Shown: positions 24,956-38,720, counted from the first letter of the stretch. The stretch: 64,000 bases of DNA from Sphagnum compactum (GCA_965153455.1 OZ234494.1:1426001-1490000); one strand, 5' to 3'. The notes: a model not told the origin generated them from the letters alone. A program made the numbers and translations.

Positions 24956-27900
24956 ATGGGACAAGCAAAGTCATGTATGCATCAATGGAAGACAGAGAAA
25001 GAAGAAGAAGACCCATCATCATCAACTCCTCCCACCACCACCCCAAATAGCCCAATTGTGGAAGTAAGTAATTTGTGAAAAAATGTTTATTAGCCAATAA
25101 TATTTCAAAACCATTTCAATCCTTTGAAATAAATTCACATATTTCAAGTGTGTTTCAATCTTAAAAGAATCCATAATATTTCAACATTATTTCAGTCCTA
25201 AGAAAAATCCACAATATTTGTGAAGGAATGACCAAAGTAGAAATAGATCAAATCAAAATATTCTAGAAATGAACATGTTTGGCAAAAAATTGTGACTATT
25301 TTTTTGAAAATTGGTAACACATGATTGATTCTCAAGCTTTTGTTGCTTTTGGTGTTATGGCAGAATTCATGGTTTCAAACAAGTGAAGTAAGTTCTTTAA
25401 ACGAAGGCTTTTCTTTTGACGAAGCAAAATTTTCCTTAGAGGAAAGGAGTATTTTCAAGACTAGTGAAGAAATAGAAAAAGAAGGATTTTCCTTAGAAGA
25501 AAAAAAGACAAGTGAAAAATTTGAAAAATCAGAAACAAAAGGATTCATGATGACAAAACAAGAAGGTGAATCCCATGAGGAAAAACCCAAAATTGCATAT
25601 CATATTGAACCAACAAAAACATTTGCAAAATCATCACCTCATGGGCAAAAATTTGCAAACGAAGATTGTCTAGTTGTTGCACCTCCAACAAGTGTGATAG
25701 GTGAAGGACCACATGTGACCAAGAACATGGACAAGGTAGTAATTTGTGCTGCAAATGTAAGGCAAAGAGGAGTAGCGATTGAAGAAAAAACATTAAGTCA
25801 ATTGCAAATTTCCAAGACTACACCAGATAAGGAACAACAATTAGAAGAACTTATGAACTTGAGGATTGCATTGGCAAATCAATGTTATCACTCCAAACTT
25901 CATAAAGTCCATCTCACTTCTCTCCAAGGAAAACAAGAGTATATCTATCTTTTCCATCTTCCTTTTTTCATTGCTTTTATGAATCACATATTTGCATTTG
26001 GTATCCAATTTGTTAATAAAAGATATCATTTCTTTGTTTGCTATATGTTGCAAAAATGTTATATTAAAAATTAAAAATGCTAAAAAAATTTATTTTTTTT
26101 TGGAGATTTTCAATAACAAATTTTTTACCAATGTAGTCGAAAATGGTTTAGGGTTTACCCTAAATAAACCCTAAATGCCCATACATGGTTAAAGATGTAG
26201 TTGAAAATATAAAAGAATGTTTTAAAGTTTTATTTTCATATTTGTCTTGAAGCCAAATTTGGCTATCTTCTTGTAGATCATTACCACTTTGGCTATAATA
26301 ATAAAATACCAGAAAAACTTTGTTTAAAAACATTAATTTTGTGCATCACATATTGGCATTGGGTGTGTGCCCAATTTGCTAAATACATGATTAAAAAAAC
26401 ACAATGTTCAATCAACATTGTATTTATAAATCACATATTTTTGCATTGGGTTCAAGCCCAATTTGCCAAAACATGATAACAAAACACAAAGGATCCAACA
26501 TTGCATAATGAATGCAATTTTCAAATGGAAAACTTTGATTCATAGAGGGAAGGTTGCATACAACTTTTGGTTTGGTAGTTAGGACTTGAAAGAAGTGTTA
26601 TAGGCAAATCTTTTGAAATCAACTTTTGCATTGGTAGAGATTTGGAGAAAAGGATTGCAGACTTGGAAGCTCTAAATGGTTACGAAGCTCCTCGAACGGG
26701 GGGCGAAGCTCGTCTGAACACTAAAATATCAGGCTTGTTTCTCCACTACCCTCGTAAACAAATTTTTGTGTGATAATCACCATCGAGCAACTTATAGTAA
26801 ATGAAATTGTAATTGTCTTTCTTTTTTCCTGTGTGCTTCCATTGTTGCTATATAGACTTTCAATGCTCCTGCCTACTATACACCTACTATAATTCCTTTC
26901 GAACCTTGTGCATTAAATGCTGAGATTCAACATTTCGCACTACATTTCAACATTTCATACTGAGATTTCATAAAATTTCCTTACTTTACGGATACAACTA
27001 AACCAAGGGTTAGGGGTTGAAAGGAGGCCTAAAGACAGGGTGAATACAGACAGGGTGACTTTGCAGATTTTTTTATTGATTGCAAATGTGTTTTACAAAA
27101 CAAACATGTTTAATGCATTTGTGTAAAGTAAAGCCTATGAACAGTGGGGCCATTCATAGAAGCAAGGACCTAGGCCTCATCTCTCTAAGCCCCGTATTTT
27201 GGAAATGTCCCTCATCCATGAGCTTTATGCATCCTAAAGCATGAGACAAACATTATTATGAACCTAAACATACTTAGATCATGAGGCATGGGGGAGAAGG
27301 TTGTTCACATACTCATATTTCTCTTAGAAAAGAGTAAGGATTTTAAGGTTTCCCTCCTATTATTCTTAAGGAGTTAGCATTACTTTTTGTCTAAGAGGAA
27401 TATGATCCTCCCTCCTACCTTTAAAAAATAGTTGTAAGATGATAGATCCCTCCTCTTTTATAGGAGGAATACGTTTCCTCCCACTTTTAAGGCGTTGGCC
27501 TAAAGTCTTTCGCCTAGCTTGTCCCCTTTTCTAGGAGTCATATTTATGGACATAAGTTGGCCTCCAAATACATTAAGAATATTTTTTGATGGCTTTCCGA
27601 GCATGTAGAATTGCTAAGCAAAACACTCACTAAATGGAATGAAATTTTGTAATCAACCTTGTAATTGACAATTCAAATTCTTGTGTAGGGATGCAAGCAC
27701 AACTTCAAGAATTGGAGGCACTTAATGTTAGCCAAATGCAAGAATTAAAGGAGTTGAAAGTTAAATTCCAAGTTTGTTGCACAAATGTAAGGTTATTTCA
27801 TTGACCTTTTGGTCATTGGGTGATAAAACTCTCTACTTATCAACTTATAATTATCAAAGGTTTTCTTAAAAAATCAACCTTTTTTTTTAATGATTGTAGG

Positions 27901-28827
27901 AAGTTTTAATAGAGCGACAAATTTTTGGGGGTGAAGTGTTGAGGCAACAAAAATTGGTGCGTAAATACAAAAAATTGTCAAAACTAATGAAAGCCCACAA
28001 CACGAGATACTTAGAGCTAAAAAATAACATCATTCCTGAACTTGAGAAATCAATCGAGGACAACAATGAATTCATTCTTGTAAGTGGTATCCCCTTTTCA
28101 CCTCCTTGTAACCCTATTATTTGTATTATGTACATTGATCGGTTGCTCAAATTTTTTGTTGCATACAATTGTTGTGGGTTGCCTTATTAGTGAATTAATT
28201 AATTCTCAAAATGTTGCATGTCTTTTGCATGTATCCCATGCAAAAGAAATGCAAGATTGAAGGATCCTTTCACAAAGAATTTGGAATTCTCAACACATGA
28301 TACTTTAATTTTAGTGAGAGGTGCACAAACCCTAACATTTTGTATATAATTTTGACCTTGCTTGCAGCCTCTTCCTCTTCCTCCTACTAATAATGGGGAT
28401 TTTGGCACGTAACTCAAGTGCTATTTGTTTTAATTATTGGGGAGAATAACATTATGTGACATGTATGACAAAATGCTGATGAAAATTTTCTATGAGGCTA
28501 CAAAATTACTATTATGCAAAGGATGGTTTGAGTTTCGTAATTGTGCTCTCATATTCTCCATACATACAGTCAGGGGAAAAAAGAATCAAAGCAAATGAAT
28601 CCGACATTAAACTCTTCAAAGCACAAGTTCAAGAGGAGGTAGATTCCACAAAAGCAAGAGCAACTAAGATTTCCAAAATGGCACAACAAGCAAAAGCTCT
28701 TTTGAACCAATTGAAAGACATCCGCGGCGCAAAACGCAAGACATTGCAAGAGATTTGGGGTTTCGATTCTGAAACGAGATTTTACTTGAAGGAAAAGAGA
28801 GCCAAGAACAAATCTAGGGCCAAATGA
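24956..28827 (+). CDS. Putative 6-exon hypothetical protein with an acidic low-complexity N-half and a coiled-coil C-half (~414-432 aa)
   Basis: Exons 24956-25063, 25364-25938, 26638-26678 (GT donor; or to 26732 with a GC donor), 27689-27771, 27900-28079 and 28570-28827 join in frame. Heptad-like stretches: DLEKRIADLEAL, MQAQLQELEALNVSQMQELKELKVKF. Start codon uncertain. Confidence 0.6.
27170..27320 (+). repeat. Dispersed repeat copy in an intron, homologous to 43640-43790 in the opposite orientation
   Basis: TTTGGAAATGTCC...GCTTTATGCAT...AACCTAAACATACTTAGATCATGAGG matches the reverse complement TTTGGGAATGTCC...GCTTATGCAT...AACCTAAACATATGGTAGATCGCGAGG. Confidence 0.6.
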
Positions 28828-29772
28828 AATGAAGGGCATGGACAATGATGAAATTCTAAAACCCCCGCCCCCACATTTTAAAGAATTACATGGGGAGGGG
28901 GGGGAGGAGGGTAATGGAAAAACCAAACTATTTCTTCAAGCACAATAAAAGATAAAACCAATGGTGGGACAAAATTTGATTATTAAATAATCACTAATTT
29001 TGGTTAGTTTAAAAATAAAAATCCTGGATTTTTGGGATTTTTATTGTTCTCACCATGTTCTCAATGAATTTTCAACATGTTTCCCAAGTTCCCAAAATGT
29101 TCCAATATTGCCTAACTTCTATCTCGCATTGTTTTATTTGGGGAATGTGGGGGAGGTCTTGGATTATTGTTCACAATGTGTTCCCACCATGATCCCAATG
29201 AATTTCCAATGTGTTTATTAAGTTTTCAAGATGTTCCCAATAACACTTCACTTTTATCCCATATCATTTTTTGAGGAAAGTTGGGGGTGGGGTCTTGAAT
29301 TTTTTGGACTTTTATTGTTCATAAAAATGTTCCCATTATGTTCCCAATGAATTCCCCACATGTTTTTCAAGTTCCCAAATTTTTTCCAATAGCACTTCAA
29401 TTTTACCCCCGCCCCCCTTTTTTTTTCTGGGGAAGGTGGGGAGGGGGCACCTTGGAATTTTGTTGTCCACAATATGTTTTGCACTATGTTTGCAACATGT
29501 TCTTTAAGTTCTCAATATGTTCCCAATATCACCTCACTTTTATCCCATATCATTTGAAAGGTATGTTCTTGTAACTTATGTAAGGAGGCCATAGTGAAAA
29601 ACTTAGAACTATAATTCTATTTTGAAAGTAAAAGCTTTTGTTTAGGTGAGGATTCAAAATCTTGAAATTTTTGTGTTGCATTAGTCATCAAGGCCTATTA
29701 CAAATAAATGAAATAAAATAAAGTTGAGGCACACATACAACTAATTAATAGTTATCATAATAAATATTTACT

Positions 29773-30413
29773 CAATATAGCCTATTTTAAAGGTACCCAC
29801 ATTTTTAAGAAGGGGCATTAGCCCAAGTTCAACGTGGTGACCAATAGTTTTTGAAAATAAAAGTTTCATGTAGCCAATAAGAAAGGTTAGCATAATGAAC
29901 ATTTAGCCAATATAGCCTCATAGGTACCCACATTTTTAAGAAGGGGCATTAGCCCAAGTTCAATGCGGTGACCGATAGTTTTTGAAAATAAAAGTTTCAT
30001 TAGCCAATAAGAAAGGTTAGCATAATAAACAATTAGCCAATATAGCCTAATAGGTGCCCACATTTTTAAGAAGGGGCATTAGCCCAAGTTCAATGCGGTG
30101 ACCGATAGTTTTTGAAAATAAAAGTTTCATTAGCCAATAAGAAAGGTTAGCATAATAAACATTTAGCCAATAGAGCCTAATAGGTACCCACATTTTTAAG
30201 AAGGGGCATTAGCCCAAGTTCAATGCGGTGACCGATAGTTTTTGAAAATAAAAGTTTCATTAGCCAATAAGAAAGGTTAGCATAATAAACATTTAGCCAA
30301 TATAGCCTAATAGGTACCCACATTTTTAAGAAGGGGCATTAGCCCAAGTTCAATGCGGTGACCGATAGTTTTTGAAAATAAAAGTTTCATTAGCCAATAA
30401 GAAAGGTTAGCAT
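29773..30413. repeat. 130-bp tandem array, ~5 copies
   Basis: CATTTTTAAGAAGGGGCATTAGCCCAAG recurs at ~29800, 29931, 30061, 30191 and 30321. Copies 2-5 are almost identical. Confidence 0.95.
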
Positions 30414-31621
30414 GCATTGTGAGGGATTGATTTTTTTTCCTTTTGGTGTTGTGGGTAAGAGGGGAAGTTGTTTTTTAAAACTTTGTTTTCCCCATTATGT
30501 TTTTAGACCAATGTGGCTCCTTTAAAAAAAACAAGAAAATAAAACTATTAGGGCACCCATGAATTAATTAATTAATAAAAGGAACAATAGGGAGTGTTTG
30601 TTTGTAGGACTATATTTTATCCCACGTCCTTTGTTCAAAATTGAATTATCATTTTTGTAACTAGGCAAGTCACCGAACACTTAATGTTAGATAAACACAA
30701 ATCAATAATCATTCCTCTATTATTTTTAGATTTGAAAGAGATGTTGTAAGCCTTCACCTAATGCATTCAAATATCACAAAAATTGTTGAAATCCATCCAT
30801 CCCAAAAAAATGATGAAGATATGTCCTTTGAAAGTGAAGGGGGTAATTGTTTAGTGATAGTAGTTAAAACAATTTAAAATGTTCATTCATTTAAAGAAAT
30901 GCTAGTAATATTTTTTCAAAATATAATAGCTAGTTAAATTTTTCTTTGTTTTGCAAATTTAGTTTACCTTAGTTTAGTTTAGTTTTATTTTTTTTAAATT
31001 TTAAAATTTTTTTTTTTCCCTAGCTAGGTTGAAAGCTTTGGCACCCATTAAATGGATTTTCTTTTTAAAAATTTGCTAAGGAAAGTTTTCTTTTTCACAA
31101 TTAAACCACCTAAATTTCAAAATTGAATGCACTTATCACCATTAGGTGGTTTGCTTGCATTACGTGTATGTATTCTATACATTTCATAGGAATAATTTAG
31201 AATGTTTTATTTCTTGATTAGGGGAACCGAATTAAAAAAACACATTCAATTGTGTTCCATGTTTTTTGGGGGAAGGTGGGAGAATATCTATATATATATA
31301 TATTCAAAATATTTGAGAATCAATATTTTTTAAAAATGAATTTTTAAAAAAATCTTAATTTAATTTTGAAAAAATTGAGATGAAAATGAATAGGAAATTG
31401 TTTTATACCAACCTCAAAACAATCATCAATTACATTTTGAAAGTTTAACTGAGTGAACTTAAAAAAGGTTTTTCAAATGTTAAACATATATAATAATATC
31501 AATCGGAAAACATTTAGGAAGGGTTCAAGGTTTAACATTTTATTGTGAGGCATGAAGTGCATTGTTCAAACCCCCGCCATTAACTAAGTTATCACAATAC
31601 TTATTCAAAATATTAAAGTGT

Positions 31622-32582
31622 CACTATTACAAAAACATGATTTTTACATTAATAACATCACAACAAAAATGATTGTAAAATCAAGTTCATTTGTTTGAAA
31701 TGATTAATTATGTGTGATTTGATTAAAATTAAAACTCTATTATTTTATCAAAACAAACATTATGTAGAACACATGGCATATATGTTGTTCATATGGAATT
31801 GTTCAACTTGATTAATGTGATTAAAATTAGTCATTTAACTACAGTATGACTAAGTATGACTATATTGTATTTTTGATGATGCGACAATATTACAGTATTT
31901 AATTCATTTTTGAACTAAATTACTAAAAAAATTAAATATTTTATGAATGTCATGTTATCATTTGTTGTTTATAATGATTTAGATAAAAATAGGAAATAGG
32001 AAATATAGCATGTGAAAATATGGAGGATCAAACTAAATTGTTTTAAAAAAAATTATGAAAAAATTAATGTACATGCAACAATTGAATTAATTTAATGTAT
32101 ATAGACTTGAAATTTTGAATGTTTAATAAATTAATAAATTTAAAAACACGTTTTGATCATGACATCATGATGATGACATGTCATGGGTTTCTCGAACTAT
32201 AATCCACAATTTGTTTGAAAATAAATAAATAAATAAATTGGAATCACAAGTTCATTGTGACAATGTTTTGGACATTTTATTAGTTTAATCCCAAACAAAT
32301 CAACAATTTGAATAATTTTTAAATTTCATAAAAATTTAATAAAATTATATTAATATTTCCACATCAATTAATATTTTGAATCATCTTAATCATTTAAACA
32401 ACTCCCATGTCAACTAATATTTTTATTCATCTTGGTCATCTTTAGTCCTTTTAGTTAAAACAAATTTAAGATGATTGGTTTGTTTTGACTAAAACCATTT
32501 TTGTCGAGTGTTTTAATATGATTAAAAATATGACTAAAATTAGTCAAAAAATAATTACATAAAAAATGGTTTTGTGATAGTG
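31622..32582. mobile_element. Non-autonomous CACTA (En/Spm) element, 961 bp
   Basis: TGT|CACTATTACAAAAAC ... GGTTTTGTGATAGTG|TGT: CACTA TIRs with an exact 3-bp TSD (TGT). Confidence 0.8.
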
Positions 32583-32974
32583 TGTAAAAAATATTAAACA
32601 TTCCTTTACTTTGACCCCAATAAAAATAAACTTTGATTTCTTAATTTAAAGTTTAACATTTTGTTGTGAGCCATGAGTTCCATTCAAGTTTAGGGTCTAA
32701 ATTTTGGCCAAGTAATTAAACTTATTACTGTATTTGAAAGTATGAAAATAAAATGCAAAATATTAAAGTTTTAAAAGTGAAATCTATTCAACCATCCAAA
32801 TATTACGATTGATTTTTGGAAAAAAAACCCTATGAAATAAAGCCACATGATTTAAAAAGTCTTGACAATAATATTTTAATGTCCCATTACTAATTACTAT
32901 TAGATTTGTAGTAAATGGATGGATTCACTACAATAAAAAAAATATCCATGTACACCAAATGATTTCATTGGATT

Positions 32975-33123
32975 GTGAATGAATTCACTAGTTGTAGTGA
33001 ATGGGACCTTGTGGGGAAGTAGTGAATTCACTAGTTTAGTGAATGGGACCTCGTGGGGAAGTAGTGAATTCACTAGTTTAGTGAATGGGGATTAGTGAAC
33101 TGTGCTCGCATTTTGTAATAGTG
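32975..33123. repeat. Short tandem GTGAATTCACTAGT repeats ending in a lone CACTA right terminus
   Basis: ~40-bp unit AGTGAATGGGACCTYGTGGGGAAGTAGTGAATTCACTAGTTT, about 2.5 copies; the stretch ends TTTTGTAATAGTG. Confidence 0.6.
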
Positions 33124-33949
33124 ATTTCCAACAAATATAGCTAGTAGAACACAATTTTAAAAAATTAATAGCTTGTAAAAACAAATCACATCGTACAAAG
33201 ATCCTCGTAACATGGGTATATTTTTTCATAAATTTTGATGTTATTATACTTGTCAAATATTTAATACACTATTGTGACATGAATTTTTAACCATTGTATT
33301 TGGAGGGGGTTTTTGTTTCATAAGTAATTCGTGGACCATTGCCATGTGTCACAAAATCCCCCAAATAGGGGTAAATTGTTTTTCATGGAATGGAAGGGTA
33401 TTTGAATGTTGATGGAATATATTTGTCATTACTAAATGTTAAATTAATTATTGAGCTATATAATTTGTTATATTTGGAAGCAAATTGTTTGAAAGGAAAG
33501 AAAGGGTGGTAATGGTTTTCAAAAGTGGCCCATGGTCCATTACTAAGTGTTGCAAACCCCCTTTTGAAGGAATATTTTATTATTGAGAATAATGGAAAAA
33601 TAGTTAGAATACTTTCACTTAAGTTGAGGTTTAAAATGTTGAATGTCCATAAAATTTAATTTTGATTCCCCAAAGGTTTGGATTTTGTTGGAATTGGTGG
33701 AAATTAGGTCCATTTGTTCTAAGAGGTATTATTCATATGTGTTTGATGCCATTTGTTTCATCCCCCCAAGGTTTCATCCAATATTTGATTACGTTTCCAT
33801 GGAATCAATGATTTGAAATGGCTCCCTTGATATTTTCACTTTGTTGGATTGGGTGGAAATAAGGTGTGAATGGATTAAATTTGTTTCATATCCCACCCTT
33901 TCCAAAAGTTTCATTTTGTCCTTTGATATTAGAAGTTTAACCTTACATT

Positions 33950-35730
33950 CACTATGAAGAATTGCGTTCGTCGAAACCACATTACCTTGCAACTAAAACT
34001 CAAAAAACAACTTGTATACAACTATTATGCAATTATCCCTTGTATAGGGATAGTTACATCAATTAGTTGTATTATAGTTGCAAGTGAGTTGAAAATGGGT
34101 CTTTTATACAATAATTTAGTCACATCGTACATACATATATAGTAAACCATGTTTGAATTTTTAAAGACTTGCACTATAATTTGGCAACTACTTTAGAACT
34201 ATTATAAATGTGTCACTAAAACAACAACTATGTTGCAATTAATGTACAATGTACATGCATGCGATTATGCCACATGTTCACATTTGCACCACCCATTGTG
34301 GAATACATTTGCAACTAATTTTTTATTATGATTCACATTGATACAATTAGTATGGCCACTAGTGCACCACTACTAAAGTATTATTGTTCAATTATGTTAT
34401 GATTATAATACAAAACTTATAACTTAATAAGGATAGATATTCATAAGTTATTTATATCCTCATCATATGTGTTTCATTTTGAATAATTTAAAATGTTATG
34501 GGAGTGCTATCTAATTTCTAGAAATAATCTTTGAAGTGCAAAAGAAAATGAGTAATGAAAAAATAACAAGAAGAGAAATAAGTTTTGCAACTTACAAAAC
34601 ATGTTTTTTTTTTCCTTTTTGGACCGCTCCTACTTTCAAACCTCATAACTTTCTTATTTCTTATTAATTTTAAACGATTTAAAGTGTTATATGAACGCCA
34701 CTTGAAATTCTACAAATCATCTTTGAACTCCAATAATAATATAATAACATACAAGGAATTTTTTGATGAGTGTTTGGGAACTGGCCTTTGTAGCATTGGT
34801 GGTTTGTTTTTTTTGAGTTTTAAACCCCTTCTACTTTGAGCCATAACTTTCTCAATTATATGCCATTTTTGACGATTTTTATTGCATTAAACACTCTAAT
34901 AGGAGGGGTTCAAGTTTTGTTTAGACACAAAAAACAATGGAGCGTTCCCTTTTGATCTAGCCTACCTTGAGCATTTATGCTAATGAATAACTAAAAGATT
35001 TAACCCATATGTTTTGTTTTCAAATCCCATGTTATAAATTATATAAAAAAAGTTTTTTTTTTAATGTTCTCACATTAAAATACATGTGCCATTTTGGGAC
35101 GAACTAAAAAACAATTAACCTAAAGGTAAAACATAAAATAAAAACATGATTATTCTTTAGTGCACTTAGTCTTGTGCTTTCCTACTTACTTACCTACCTA
35201 GGTAAATAAGTAGGTAGGTCCTAGGTAAATACGTAGGTATGTAGGTTTTAAGACCTACCAACCTACCTTCTTCTGGTTATGTATGACTTTCTTAGCTACT
35301 AAAATAAATATTTTTATTTTTTTTCCAAAATATAATTAACATGCCATGTGGCAATTTTTTCTTGTGCCACATGTCATAATCTTGGACTGCCATTAACAAT
35401 CATAATGGATGATGGAGATCAATATTTGATTTTTTTTTGAATGTCCAAAATTTTTCATAATGCCATGTGTCATATTTTAATAAATGGATGACAATTAATG
35501 ATGTCAACATGACATCATAGGTGTAGTTATAATGGAGCTGAATTATAGTTGAAAATGAATTGTTTCGATTGAATTGCAATTGAGTTCCAATGAATTGCAT
35601 CGTATATATGGTGAATTGTAACTTTGCAACTCATGCAACTTCTTCGTTAACATTCACAATGTATAAATATAGTGAATTGCAAGTGTCTTTTGCAAGGCCA
35701 GTTGCAAAACACCTTTTTTTTCTCATAGTG
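33950..35730. mobile_element. Non-autonomous CACTA element, 1781 bp
   Basis: ATT|CACTATGAAGAA ... TTTTCTCATAGTG|ATT with an exact 3-bp TSD (ATT). TTGCAACT subterminal repeats occur at both ends. Confidence 0.8.
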
Positions 35731-36994
35731 ATTTTGAACAAGTTATTGCATTTGATTGGTTATACATAAATAATATTACAAAACCTTTATCTTGGAATGT
35801 ATGCATTAGTTGAAGAAATTAATTACAAACCTTTTTTTTGGGTTTAGTTGTGTGTAATGGAAATGAAAACATACCTTATCTTAAACCATACTAACTTTAA
35901 ATGCTTTATAAAAATGATTGCAATCAAATGTTTTTAAAATGTTCACTCATGAGTTTACATCACTGAAATGCCCACATGCCCATAAGTGCATAAAATAATA
36001 TTGCGAGTGCAATAAGACCAAAGACTTAATACTCATCTACTTAACACGTTGTGGGGTTTGTTCTCTCATTGAAATTTACCAAAGGGATGCGTCATGGATA
36101 TCCTATTACACGTACTTTTGATTTATGAACCTAAATTTTCTTTGTGATTGATGTTCCTTGATCACACCTTAGCTGTCATGTTGTGTTGTTTTATTGATTT
36201 TTTTAACCTCTTAATTGCAATTTCCCTAATGATAACCTCTTTTTTGGACCTTATTTTACCATCCCCATTGAATAACAACAATTACAACTTGATAAAATAA
36301 CTACCAACAACCACCCCCCACTCCACCTCATAATGCCTTCTATTTTTTTTATTTACCTTAATTATCTATTGAATTAACTTTCACCAAACTAAGATTAAAC
36401 ATGCAACATATTTTCCAAATTTTCTGAAACTTTCAACAATAAACACAACAACTAACTCCTACTTTGCACAACACTTAGACCACAACCACCCTTCTTTTTT
36501 ATATTACTCTTTTCAAAATCCAAATAACATTAGTTGTACCCAATATGTCAATCCCCCTTATTTTTCTTTAACAAGAAAATTAAAAATTCTTTACACTAAA
36601 AAAAAACCCCTAAATGTGCAACTACATTTTGAACCCATTTTCAATTATTGTAATTGAAAACAAACATATACAATTGCAAAATTTTTTTTTTGCAATTTGA
36701 AACATTTTTTTACATTTGCGCATGAAAAAGTTTAACAAATACAATTTGAAAACAACATTACATTTGAAAATTACAACATTTCAACACCATGGCAATAACC
36801 ACTTTAGTTACAAATGACATTAATCATTATAATCAAAGGTTGTTTTCAATTGTAACCCATTGGTGGATGAACTGCATTCATTAACATTGCATAATGTTAT
36901 CAAATCTTGAGTTGTAAGTTCAATTGTGTTGCAATTAAGCCATACACAAGGTTCAACCAAAAGTTTAGTGATATGTAGCACATCCCCACATCCA

Positions 36995-37510
36995 TAGGCC
37001 CTAGGCATGTGGCATTTAGGTTACACCACCTAAACATAGGGCTAAACTAGACCATGCAGTACCTAAACATTGGCCCCCTGAGTTAGGCTAGGTCACATGG
37101 CATCTAAACATAAGTCACTTAGATTAAATTAAGCCACATGGCACTTAAACATAAGGCTATGTTATGTAAGGCCACTTGGCATTTAAACATAGTCCACCTA
37201 GGTTAGATTAGGTCACATGGCACCTAAAAATAAGGCTATGTTATGTTAGGCCATGTGGCATTTGAACATTGGCCGCTTAAGTTAAGCTAGGGCATGTGGC
37301 ATGTAGGCTTGATCATTTAAACATAGGATTAGGCTAGGCTAAATCATGTAGCATCTAGGCTAAGCTATGTGACACTTAAGCAAAGTCAAGCCTTAATAAT
37401 CTAGATGGTTTTTAAATTATACCCAAGCCATGTGACATTTAAGTTGTGCTTAGACTTAGGCCACATGGTACTTAGGTTAGGTCTAAATCTAAGTCACATG
37501 ACACTTAACT
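36995..37510. repeat. Degenerate cluster of GCCACATGGCAC/TAAACATA motifs, probably TE subterminal repeats
   Basis: More than ten variants of (g)ccacatggca / ccatgtggca spaced about 35-45 bp apart. Confidence 0.6.
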
Positions 37511-37889
37511 CAGACAATCCTATTTCACTTTGAGTTTGACCTAAAAGTTGAACGTTATAAGTTCATCCCAAGTAACATTTGTTTTTTAACCTATTAACCT
37601 AGGTATTGTTTATTGGTAACCTATCAATTGGTTATAGTTTTTTGAAATTTACCCACTTGGTGCAGATCATTCCAAGAATTAACAAGACTTTTTATGGGCT
37701 AGGTTTTGAATTTTAAAATTTCAATTTAACCTACTTAGATGATTCAAATTTCATCTAGGTAAATTACCAATCCTAAAATCCTAAGCATGTTTAGGATAAA
37801 AAACAAAAAACGAAGAAATAAAATTAGAAAAAACCTATAACCTAGGCTACCTAGGTACGGCAGGGTAACCAGTGGTTCTCAAGGTTAGT

Positions 37890-38720
37890 ATTTGAGAACT
37901 GACCCTTATTGTTCATCATGAAGGTGATGATCTTCATCTCTTGCACACATCATAGCTAGTGAACCTTCGTTGCTAGTTGATTTGTGGAAGATGATGCCTT
38001 TTCAATTTACGATCTTCTATTTTATTAGTGTAAGAGAAGTGACCCTTATTGTTCACGATGAAAGTGATGATCCTCATTTTTTCCACACATCACAACCAGT
38101 GCATCTCCATCGCTAGTTGATTTATGGCCAATGCTTTTTTAAGTTTACGACCTTCTATTTTATTAGTGTAAGAGAATTGACCTTTATTGTTCACGATGAA
38201 AGTGATGATCCTCATTTTTTCCACACATCACAACCAGTGCATCTCCATCATTAGTTGATTTATGACCAATGTCTTTTTAAGTTTACAATCTTCTATTTTA
38301 TTAGTGTATGAGAATTGACCTTTATTGTTCACGATGAAGGTGATGATCCTCATTTCTTCCACACATCACAACCAGTGCATCTCCATCGCTAGTTGTTTTA
38401 TGACCGATACTTTTGTAGTTTACGGTCTTCTATTGAATTGATGTATGAGAAAAGACCCTTATTGTTCACAATGAAGGTGATGATCCTCATTTCTTCCACA
38501 CATCACAACCAGTGCATCTCCATCGCTAGTTGATTTATGGCCGATGCCTTTTTAGTTTACAATCTTCTAATTTATTAGTGTATGAGAAGTGACCCTTATT
38601 GTTCACAATGAAGGTGATAATTCTCATTTCTTCCACACATCACAGCCAGTGCACCTCGGTCGCTAGTCGATTTATTGCTGATGCCTTTTCAGTTTACCAT
38701 CTTCTATTTTATTAGTGTAT
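37890..38720. repeat. ~138-bp tandem array, 6 diverged copies
   Basis: GACC(C/T)TTATTGTTCA recurs at ~37901, 38041, 38179, 38317, 38454 and 38591; the units align along their whole length. Confidence 0.95.

Noticed and set aside
26146-26175. Opposed telomere-like motifs (TTTAGGGTTTACCCTAAATAAACCCTAAA) as a chromosome fusion scar
   Set aside because: Only about three units; such motifs are scattered throughout the window.
29773-30413. CRISPR-like array
   Set aside because: Units are homologous over their whole length, with no unique spacers and no cas genes; the context is eukaryotic.
37890-38720. CRISPR-like or protein-coding repeat
   Set aside because: No unique spacers; unit length varies and the frames examined contain stops.
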